Below are positions 50,295 to 62,200 of a DNA stretch of 64,000 bases, piece after piece. The stretch's first letter is position 1. The number at the start of each line of letters is the position of its first letter. Position numbers and translations under genes: made by a program. This DNA is from Pocillopora damicornis. Its lineage: Eukaryota. The DNA lies in contig NW_020846122.1 of assembly GCF_003704095.1 (NCBI RefSeq), positions 372,001 to 436,000 on the forward strand, given 5' to 3'. The notes below the pieces were generated by a model, which saw only the letters and a list, made by a program, of their open reading frames with translations, was not told the DNA's origin and made no database searches.

Positions 50295-53200
50295 ATGAAA
50301 GGTACGTTTGTTCCGAAGCGGGTTATTGAAGGATCGCTTCAACTTTTAGTGTCCTTGTGGCTTTTTGATTTTGAAGATCTATCGCGATTTCACCGGTACA
50401 ATCCGCTTGCATTAATATTCAAACGATTACACATATAATATGGATAGAAACAACAATTTATACGATATGAAACCATATTCCCTCATACACTAAATAACCC
50501 TCAGGATGAATAACAATACTCATACTATTTGTCTGTGTATTTACATAAACAGACACTCTTTTCGAAATTCAATAACAGATTATTGCGATATAATTTTTAC
50601 ACCTCTTTTAGTTCATAATGATTTCAAAAAGGTAAGGGCAGCTGTTCTTTTAGCCCTCACACGATATAGAAGTTAATTCTAGCATGTGGCTGAATAAAAC
50701 TTCGATAATTAGTCTTGTTCCACTATCTTCAGCACGCTAGCGCATTATAGAGTTCGAAAGAATATGTTAATACTTTCTTATTTACATAGTTGTGTGGCGT
50801 TGATCGACGCAGAAAGAATGGAAATTATTGATTATTTTTAAACGGGTATCTTAGGCAAGACGAGTAGTGAAAGATAGAGTTGTTCTTTGGAAAATTCCTC
50901 CGGTTTTGAAAATGTTGCTTTTGTGCTTTCGTGCTTCTGTTCATTTCCGGTCACCGATTTGCGTATTTTCGGAAAGCAGCAAAGTCATAAGGGAACGTTT
51001 TCCAAAATGTCTTTAATGTAGGGTGAGGAACTCTTTACACATTCAGTTAAACTGTCAGAAAAATTTTCCCAGCTGTCCAACATACGTCAGACAGGTCGAC
51101 AGAAACAAACAGTGTATAGCACACCTAGCAAACTCAGCATGTCACATTCTGTAGATCAAGCAGATGCAGTGCACCTTCAGGCAAATTGCTTCATGACAAA
51201 TGTATTGCTAAAGGTTTGGAGGTGAACCCAACTTGCATCCATGTTAAGATGAGTCATTTGGAATTGCTAAATTCAGTAAGCTTAAGATTGATATTATGAA
51301 TCAGGCTGGCATTATGGCAAACAAATAAAGGGGGTATGTTTCGAAAGAAACTGTGCTGCGTTGGTGGTAGAGGATAACAAGGAGCGTTGGCCCTTTGTCA
51401 GAGTGATAACAAAGTGCAAACAATTGAAATGTCAGCTTTTAACTCTTTATGGTGGCCAAATTTGATTATGGCAGCAGCACTACTGAATGCTGAAAAATTA
51501 GCAGCTAAAAACTATGAAGACTGAGAAAGCTTAATTGAAATGTTTCATCTGTTCCAGGGAAACTGGAGACATAATTTAAGGAAGGATAATTTAATTTTAT
51601 AAGGAAGGGAATGAGGAAGGGGGATCTAAGTACCTTACCTTCCTCCCACTCCAATTAGGGATGTCACAAGCACAAATTATACATCTCACTGCATCAGGTT
51701 CTTATAGTTAACCCTTTACACCCTCACATCAGTATGCATATTCTCCATTCTGTTCTTTGTACATTTCCTAAGGTGCTGACAGGGAGAATTTGTTCACCAT
51801 CAAATGTTTCTCTCATTGGTGATCATTTCCTTTATTCTCATATCCTTAATGTGTGATTCAGGGGTGATATTATAGGGAAAAATTAGATGCTAGTCAATCA
51901 TAGGGTTTAAAGGGTGAATCACTGTACCATTACTGGATCAGGGCAAATTTTGAGGGTAAAACATGACATGGTTGATCAGCGACGAATCCTAACCTATTAA
52001 AGGAGGAGAAGGAGTATTGGTTGAGGAAGTCACATTCCTCAACTACATGTACTCTATGCTAACCAAACATGGATAATGACATTTGTTATTACAAGATATT
52101 AACCAAAAAACTGCCTAATTGTCCTTCTTTTCTTGTTACAACATGGTATTGATCTGCCAGTGGGTTGAAAGGGGATGATTTGTCTTTATTCTAAATAGAA
52201 GGTTAAACAAGGGGCATGATAGGATTCAACCATGAGGTGTCTAACAAAATTTTGTTGGCAACTCCCTTCTTCCCCCCACACCACAACCCTCAATCTGGGT
52301 TTTCTGTATTGACTAATGTAACTTTAGTACACAATCATTCATGGCCAGCACTTCCTCAAAAATATACTGGGTTTAAATTTTTGGGATATACTGTTATATC
52401 AACCATAAAAACTTGAAACAATCGCAGTAATTTTTGTTTCCTGACTTATCATACGTGGAGATCAGGACCATGAATAAACCACAAAGTCACAAACTTAAAA
52501 TATTTGTTGTCTATAGTGATTCTGTCTAAAGCTAACACAACAATAACAGGGAAATAATTCCTATGTCTGAAGTTTTTCTTAAAACCTATTTCTTATCAGA
52601 CTCACAAGCTAGAGAATTAGGGTTGTTTAAAAGTTGATAAATTCTTTTTTACCAAATGTTTCTAGGGCTTAAAATTACTGATGAAACACTAGAAGATAGA
52701 TTGGCATTTGATGAGATTTTTGTGGAATACTTCAATGCTTTCTTAGCATTGCCGGTAAGTACGCAGGTTATGTTATATTTAATTTATCATGCCACATACT
52801 TTTATTCACAAGGAAGCTTAATAATCCAACAAATATCCTTAGATATACCTACATTTCTTTTTTGGGCTGTCTTAATTTAGTTTAGCTTCAACAATTAAAT
52901 TCATCTTTTACTGGGAGTACTCCTGTTTAACAGAGCCTGACTCTGACTCAGGAGTATAGATGAGTATAGAAAAACTGTCTGAGTAACTTGGCTAACTCTT
53001 AGCAATTACCCTGCAATGGAGTCTAAGCATTCTATCCAGGGCCCAGAGTTAAGCAACACTGACTTACTCAGGGGTCTCAAATGGTTTTGAAGTGGGTGTC
53101 AGACTCAACAAAAGTAAGTGACTGTAAAGGGTTCATTATGGGCCAAAAGGTAATGATTTTGAACAGAGTACCCAGCAACATGTTATCAAGTAGCTGTTGG

Positions 53201-56200
53201 AACTTCAGCAGTGACACCAGCTTGTTTTGATAACCCTGTTACTCCCCTGTAATTGCTTCATGCTTCTGAAAGGGGGATTAAGTTGCAGGAGGATGATAGT
53301 CTCCTGAGCTGACTTTACCATTACCTATGTAGTACTCTTTCATACCACAGATGCCTAACATGCACCCAGGGACTCCCTTTCAGCAATTCACATAGTAAAA
53401 TAAGTCTGGTTTGTTCTTCCCTTTCTAATCCCCTATGGGGCCTTAGATTATTAAGTATACGTAAATTTGCATGTACATTGTATATTGTGTTGTTGAAAAG
53501 TTTACGCAAGTCTTTCTTGAACTACCAGTAATCTTAAGAGTAACCTGTCTCAAGGTATGCATAAGTTATTAAAAGCACAGTTCCAACAAATAAATTTTAG
53601 ACCTCTTTCTGCAACATTGTATAAGCCAGTTGCATAATATAAAAGTTGTGCATTCTTTTTAAAGCCCCTAAATCAAAGAAATCTATACTGAAGATACTTC
53701 ATAATTATGCAATTAATAAAGAACTATATGAACATTATTTTTTAAGAGATATATCCAAAACTCTACAATAAAGTTTTTTCTCTAAATAACTTTAAGGTAC
53801 CTTGCACTTTCTTTGTATCAGGCTTTCACCAAGCAACTGCAGTATGATCCACTATCTGGGACTTTTAGGGATTTCACTGGAAAGACTGACAGCGATTTCA
53901 AAGATTTAAAACCAAGTCAGGACCCAGAAGCTGACACAAAACAGAGAGAGAAGTCCTTTACATGGGTGAAAACAGAGAGACTGCCATTGTTTGTGAGGTA
54001 AGGACTGCATTTTTAACACTTTACGACCTAGCAGCAGACAGAATGTATTTTCTCCGTATTGTTGAACTCTATACATTTACTAAGGACTGGTGACCAGGAG
54101 AAACTGTTTAACAATCAAGATCTTCTTTAGATGGTGATCATTTTTTTATGATGGAGATCATATTTTTTGACCTTAACATGTGATTTAGATGTAATATTAT
54201 CAGAAAAAAAGATGCTAGTCAGTCCTTAGCCTGCAGTGCTGGCATCTTAATGGGGTGACCTAACCTTACAAGATCGCAATCAATTTTTGGACCAGCCATA
54301 TGTTTAATTTGGAGTTAGAGTGGACGGTAGGGGTAGGGGGTGGTGGAAGGGCAAGAAGACAATTTTCACCACCCTACCCCTACCCTTCTCCTTATTTTTG
54401 ATCACCAAACGCCCCCTGGGTGCAAATTTCTTTCTCTCCCCAGCCTTATGCTGCCATTAAAATGAAGATGGCAGCCATAATTTTCGTTATGAAAATACTG
54501 AGCTCTCTCTTGCCAAAATTATTCCTGCTCTGCAGGCTATTCACCCATTGGGGTCAAAGGGTCAATGAACAAAGAACAGGTGAATACTTTAATTAAATAT
54601 ATAAAGCATGTAATAAATCACTTCAACTAAACCTCCTTTTGAAAATTACAAATGGAGTTCTTGCTTGACCCAGTGAATTAAATAACCCTGTGTGAGAATC
54701 AAAATTTACTGTGAAACTGTTATAAAAATCTTTCATCTGTCAGTTGTGTTTTGGTGGCCCAGGTGACCAATACACACGTACATGATGCCAAATGCACCAT
54801 AAAGAAATCTCAGTGTTTCTATGAGGCTCTGATCTGAAATAACTTATGGAAACTTTGAATTAAAAAAAAAACTGGCAAATTATTAACCTAAGCTAAAAGA
54901 AAAAATATTTTAAACCCAGGAAAAAGTTTGGGGGTACTTCAAAGAGTAGATTTCGTAGGGTGAAGTGTTGAAATCTACCATCTGTGGACAGATAAGAGTG
55001 TGGAAACTCGAAAACACTGCCGAGATATTATTGTGTCGCTAGAAAATGTGTTATCGAAAACCTTAAAAAAGCTAGTAGGTGAAGTTTGTAGTAATGCTTT
55101 TTCTTAAATTTGAGGCGGTCCAAAGTTATGCGACATTTTCCAAGTCACTGCTTGCATTTATCAGCTACAATGGCTCCTTTACAAATGCGGCGAATGTTTA
55201 TTTCACTACCTAGTTTCGTCCCTGAAGAACAGCGATATATCAAAATTTCACGGGACTGTGAGACGTATAATAATACTAAACAGTGTGTCTTTAACTTAAC
55301 AGGACTGAGTGCTTATACTCGAAGCAATCGAAAATTTACGTATTATTTGCCGTTTATAAGTTTCTTTCTCGGTGCTCAGTGCTGAAGTAATAACATGGTG
55401 GTGGTATTGGAATGATTTTCTCACCTGTAGAAAATAGGTTAAACCAGAAAGTTTATGCAGAAAACTCTCTCGCACTTCGTCGTGTTGTAATTCAAGAAAC
55501 AGTTTGAGGGACAACTGATCGGATTCACGGTGTCTTTATGGCGGGAAATGCGCCAGGTTCTCACATAAATCCGCTACTTTTTCAATTATTTTACGCTAGT
55601 TTATTGGTAGTAGGGATGTTCAATGAATGAAGCTCAACCTTTTTTTCAAGTGAAATTGTTAACTGACGATATTTTTTTAACTGGGAAATGAAGACAAAGA
55701 AGCGAATGTCCAATCGGCGTGGGGGTGGGGTGGGGGTGCTACTGGCAACTATTTTGGCGGGAAAATAAAAAAAAATGGCAGAGTTCTCTGTCGGACAAGA
55801 CTATTACTCTTTTTCATGCTTGCAAATAAACTTTATTGGCCTCGAATTTGAGTGCAGATTCGATTGTTTTTAAACAAGCAATTTAAGACCAGAAAAGCTA
55901 GAGAACATGGATGGAAAGGAACAGCAGCCTAGCCCGCCATTTATGAAAGAAGTCTATATGATTTGTTTTTTTCCAGTAGACTGAAATCGAAAGGGATCAT
56001 TTCAGTGTAAATTTGACCACTATTCTTTCTCTCAACATTTTCCCGTTCACATTATCTCTTACAAAACTTCTGCTCAATATTAATTCTGCCATTCACAATA
56101 TTCGCCGTCTTTTTGAGTGGAAATAAGCCAGGACTAAAACGTGCCAATTCTTTGTCTCTGTAATGTTTTATTTCTAATCTTTTCTTTTGCATCAGCTATT

Positions 56201-59200
56201 TAGTTTTCTAACTACTTCACCTAACATTTATTTTTTTAGAACCCGTCTCTATCTCGAGTACAAACTCTGCCGTCTCCTTCTGCGCACGCTCGAAAATCGA
56301 ACAGCGCGTGTCAGTAGTCGTGGCCTGGGTGGGTACAGTCGTGCCACAAGTTATACCGTCTTTAGCCCAGTTGGGAATGTAGTCCGTCCATCAAGTCGTG
56401 CCTCTAACCAATCATGGCCAGGTATTTTGATTCGTCATTATGGAAGGAGGCCGCTGGGCAGCGCGACAAGTTTGCCTGCGATGATGAATTTGGGAATGGC
56501 ACCTAACGGCCAAACGATCCAGAAGAAAGAAAATGGAAAAGAAAGCAATAAAGATGTGGAAGAAAAAATGGACGGTGAGCAACGCATCGCAAAGAAAGTT
56601 ATTAGGATGTACCGTAGTGATTCGATTTAGCACCCGGGGTGCTTATTTACTTTTGGTACGTAAAGGGAGGGCGGTTATTANNNNNNNNNNNNNNNNNNNN
56701 NNNNNNNNNNNNNNNNNNNNNNNNNNNNNNNNNNNNNNNNNNNNNNNNNNNNNNNNNNNNNNNNNNNNNNNNNNNNNNNNAAAAGCGCAAGGCAAGAGCA
56801 AAAAGTGTCACGCTTAAAGATGAGGCCAAGACTCACGGTAAGTCAGGCGTCCTTGTGCCAAAGCACTTTTATACGCAGGGTGTGGTGATCACAACGAACA
56901 CAACAGCCAATCAAATCAATGGTGAATATCACAAGCAACCTATGAGAACCTATTCTATTTTGAAAAAGCATCCAGCGCCCACTATGAGTGATCGATCTTA
57001 ATTTTGAATTTTTTGGTCGGAAAGGTTAAGCGATTTTTTTAAAAATGCTTTAATTCCTTCCTTTTTAAGTTCTTAGAACATTTCATGGTACTGCAGGGGA
57101 AGATTCTATTCTTAACTCGAAAATAAAATTTATGATGAACAAAGATAACTTAGTTATGCAATAAATTAAAATCTTCTCTCAATGAAAAAAAAGTACCTTA
57201 TTCATAATTTTCTTTCTGTTGTTTTTCGCAGATCCCCCAAATGACGAGGATTTGGAAATCAAACCGGAAGAAACGGAGGAACCTGAGGCGGAAGACGACT
57301 TCTCAGATTTCCCGGATAATGAGCTTGGTGCTGTTGTGGCGTTTGACGAAGATGATTTGGATGAAGCACAAACAGAAGCTGATGTTAAAAACATTACTAG
57401 CAAACATCAAATGACAATCGAAGAACTAAAGAGAGAAGTTTTGGGATCGGTAAGAAACATTTTCCTAAACTACGAGCAGTCAATCCTTGCGAGTAAAAAA
57501 AAACCGTGAAAAAAAACAAATTGATATTAGTGCACCGCGCGGAACTGTGGGAGTGAGGCACATGTCGTCGTGCTCCTTCTACAAAGGATCCTGTGATTGA
57601 CAGTGAGTAAGAGAGAGGCCAAGCCTGATTTTGTAAACAGGAAAAAATAGGTCAATGAGCTTTTCCTGATGTAAAGTTTTGAATTAATAAATGAGTTAGA
57701 CTAAACCAGTTAGATTATTCTCTCTCAATTTCTATGCGTGACTTTTGATTTGGGCTTCGCCCTCATCAACTATTACGCAACTGAAGTCTTACGCTCATAA
57801 TCTAATTGTTACTTTGTTTTGTATTAGTCTGTAATTATATCTGTTATGATGCCTTTTTTTCTCCTTGGTGACATTTTCACAGCTGCAAGGCATGGAACTT
57901 TTCAAGACATTTTTAGAAGACAAGTCGGGAAAACATTTGTTTCATTTTTGGCTGGACGCCGAGAGATACAAAGACAGTTTAGAGTCTGAACCGGAGGATA
58001 CACTACGAGAACAGATGACAAGATTGTTCCGGTAAGATGACACTTTTTTGAAGTTTTCATCTTCCTTTCATTATTGGTAAAGGCCACGACGATCAATGTC
58101 AATATCTGAGCAATTGCGCGCCTACCCCTCGCCTAACCCAACATTAACCCTAATTTGTTATCAGTCGACTGTTGTTGGTTTAAGGGAGGGGTAGGTGCGC
58201 TCTTGCTGAGATACTAACATTGATCAGGCTACGGAATGTAACAGATGTCACCGTTGAATAAAGGGGGTAAGTTTCTAAAGAAAATGATGCTGTGTCGGTG
58301 GGAGAGTATAAGAGGTAATTTCCTGTTAACAACTGAGTTGAAAACGTAAATTGGCCACCGTAAAGAGTGAAAAGGCTGACGTTGCGAGCGTTAGCCCTTC
58401 ATCCGAGCGATTGAAGGAATTGTGGGTTGTGTGTGGGTTTACATGCACCGTTAAACTTCGGTCGGGATGTCACACAACGTTTTTCCCACTGATAGTGGTT
58501 TGCATGACTTTTCAAGATATGGTTTTTAATGTAAGAAGAGATGTGGTTGCCAGTTCAGTTTGATAATTTGACGCTCAGTCATAATTTATTTAAATTTATT
58601 TCCTCCTCAGAGAAATTCAGGACAAGTATAAAAACTTTTTGACAGTAGACGCAAAGGTAGAATGATTTCTGTCCGTTTGAAAGTTATTTCATGTTTCTCT
58701 GTCAAGTTATAAGGTATTCATAATGCATATTGTATCTATCCATAGGAACAAATAGAGAGAGCACTCTATGAAGGTGGACTCACACAGGATCTGTTTGCGA
58801 GGACACAATATGACATGCTGAGGAGATTACGTTCCTACTGGATCCCAAGGTTCTTGGTTCATGTGGAAAGGAACAGTGACTTTGGGTAAGGGAGTTTAAA
58901 ATAATTGCATTCGTTGATTAAGTTATCGAAAGATGTGACGTTAGCCCAGTTTTTCATTTTTAATTTTAACAGTTTTTGGTCGTCCTTTTACATCTTTCCA
59001 CTACCCACGGGGAAACCTCTTACTAAAATTCTAGCAGGAGAGATTTGTGTAACCAGACTGCAGGAATTGTTACACTGAAATTGAATCTTTAAATCCCCAA
59101 ACTTGAATTTCGTAGCAATGTGCCTGGTTGTGTATTTCGTTGAGCGAAAGATTCGTTCGTTTGTTGTTTCGTTTGTTTTGGTTCTTTGTGCAAGGTTGTC

Positions 59201-62200
59201 TGTCTATCTTTCCGTCGGTCTGTCCGTCCGCCCCTAGCCCCCAACGTAAGGGGCAGGTCATTATTTATCTCCCTGGAGGGGTAGGAGCTACTGGCTGTGT
59301 CAGTGTCACAATAAAATTTACCTGATCCCTTCTAAGGCTCTGTGATATTCTAATGTTCGCTCCTCGTTGGCATTCAATGTTCCATAGTCCTCCCCCCCTT
59401 ATACTTTGTCGATTTCGACCGATTCCTTCCGACCCCCCTGAAAACCGTATAATCCCCTCGAAATCCCTCGGACCCCCCTTCCCGGTAATAAATAATGAGT
59501 CGTCCTTAAGTACGTCTCTATACCTCTCTCTTCATTTGTTAGTCTGCCCGTAGGTCGACTTGATTGGCTTTTTGTCTGTCTGTCGGTCTCTCTGTCTGTG
59601 AGTCTGTCTGCCTGTCGGTATGTCGTGTAGTTCGGTTCTGTCATTCCGTGCGACGATTGTCTGATTTTCGTTGTTTGAATCTGATATTTCAAGCCACGTT
59701 GATTCTTAAATGAAAGGGCGTTTATCTCTAGATCCTGGACATATCCCTTTCCTTCTTTTTTTCCGCAGAGACCAGTACATGGGATATAATGATCTCAACC
59801 GCCCACCATCAGGCTTGAGTTTCTTTCCCACTGTTTCGTTCGCTCACTCCTTACCACCGCTAGGGGAATGGTGTCGAGAGGTTGTTCGGTCACGCCAATG
59901 GGACCGTGACATCATGGTGAAGGAGAATAGGAACAAATCAGCGCGGAGAAGACTGAGCCGAATACCTGAAAGGTAGGTTTGCGCCGTGACCAAATGACAA
60001 CGTCTTACTATTATAGGATAGCACGTTCAATGTCCTAATTGCACAAGCCGCACGTGCAGGTTGATCAATAGACCTCTCGGTAAAATAATGACCAAAAAAC
60101 AATTTTAACAAGGAAAAATTATTTTCCTCCTTCATGACAGGAAAAAGCTTGACAACTCTTACATTATGTATGACGAGCCTAAACCAATGAGAGCAGATAA
60201 ACCAGTCAAAGTTATCAACACTTAAGCTGTCTCCATCATAAACTCTTAACCCTAACCCTAACCCTAACCCTAACTAATCCCTCCATGCTGTTTCTCGGGT
60301 TTTTTTCTTTAAAGGAACGAAGAAGAATTCACTGCAGCTCTTCGCGGAGAGAAGGAGGCTGGATGTCCTTTTAAACGCTACTTGGAAAAGTAAGTTTTTT
60401 CTTAAAATCCTAGCTGTTCGAACAAACTGTTTGTAAGAAGCTTGGCGGTACTTAAGAAATTTCCTAATCAACTTGAGTGCAAAAACAATAATTTCTATCC
60501 CTATGTTGTGATTTATGCAACAGCGTTGCGTGTCAAAGAGAGCGTGACCCATTTGACACGTAGGTGTTATCGTTAGCGCTTATTAGGTTATGTCACAAAG
60601 AATTAAAGTATACAATTTTGAGAGTAAGCGTGCGAGATAATCTTCAGCCTGAGAAATTCTACCAAGAAAGTAGCTTTTTTTTCTAATCGATCCAGTCAGG
60701 TTTCAACACAGAGGCCTATCTGGTCCACTCTTTGACATATGAGCGAATATTTGGTAAATATTGAGGAAAAAACCCACAGGATAGAATATTCAGGGTGGCG
60801 CTTTTCGGTTGAGTGTCGTTAAACCAACAGGAAAGTTATAACAACAGCCAATTCAGTCTTAACAAAGTAAAAACACCAGGAGGTGATGAGGACTCCTTCG
60901 GTCGTTTCACGCCTTACCGGCTCCTGACACTTCCTTAAAAGAAAAGTCGCTTAAATTATATTTTTATTGCAAACTGCAGTTATTAAGTTTTCTTCTGATG
61001 TATAGTTTGCAAGGATTTAAGTGAAACTAGCGCGCGTACGAATTTTTTCCCGAAGGACGCTTGCGAAGGTGGGAAGTAACCCTAAACGGGTTTAAACGCG
61101 GGAAAAAGTGAGCGACCGAGTTTTTTAATTTGTTTCTGATTGATTGAGGGAATTGCACGAGTGTTTTTGAAAAGTCACACTACGCAGTAAAGTAATACTA
61201 AAACGAACCCCAAATACTTCCGACACTTTTGAGAATTTCCTTTGTAGTTCTAATTTCTCCACTTTGTCTTTTTCCAAATCTACAGTAACACCAGTGTTGA
61301 CAAGTCTTTATTATGTAACCTCCTATTTTGGTTGGATGTAACTGATTTCAATGCAGCCGAGAAGAGATCTGGTGACCGTTACCTCAAACTGGTCAATGCT
61401 TGGGCGATATTCAACAAATATATTGCGAAAGGTAAACTTTATCCTTTTCCATGTGGTACATCTATTTACTTACTTATTTATCTGTGTATCGATCTCCATG
61501 TTCAACCGTTTATTAATTTTTTTTTTATCACGTTTGTGTTCTATTTTTATTTAATGTTTGATTTACAATATTATGTTAGTTCACCGTTGACTCTATAGTC
61601 TCCTTGCTCATTAAACGAAGTTGCCTTTTCGCGGCATTTAGATGCTGAAATGAACATTGGATTGCACAACAGTGAAAGTCAAAAACTAGAAAGCAATCTC
61701 CTCTCATCCGAAGATCTGCCGCTGGCCTTTTTCAAGCCGGCTCAGGTAACATGTTCAATTTTAACCTTGCCATATTTAGCTATATTTGTTGGCATTCCCA
61801 CCTTACACGATTTTTGTTTAGGAGTAGTTTTTATACAAAGGAGATTTTTGCGAAAAACCATTTTAAACGGAAAAGCAGGATATGTGCCTTAGAGTACGAT
61901 TTAGTCGATCGACCCCACCTAATTTTGAACGGGGGCATACGTGAAAAAGGAAAACGAGGGAATCATTATTTTTTTAAAGTTGTTTTCTCTATTCCGCCCT
62001 TCTTTTTCCTTTAACGTATGTTCCAATGCCCTTCAATTCGTCGTTGCTCACTTAACACTCGTGGGTTGAGTGAGGCACTGAAAGAATAAGTATTCTAAGC
62101 CAATAACATGAAACAGTTTCATCCGTTGGGCTTGGACCACAGCGCGACATGCCGTTTGAAGCCAGGTGCACTCACCATTTAAAGGCCCCCGTTTCTCCCA

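Noticed and set aside
51007-51021. Alternative RGS22 start ATGTCTTTAATG
   Set aside because: An in-frame TAG precedes the nearby donor; ATGAAAG|gt at 50295 fits the required phase.
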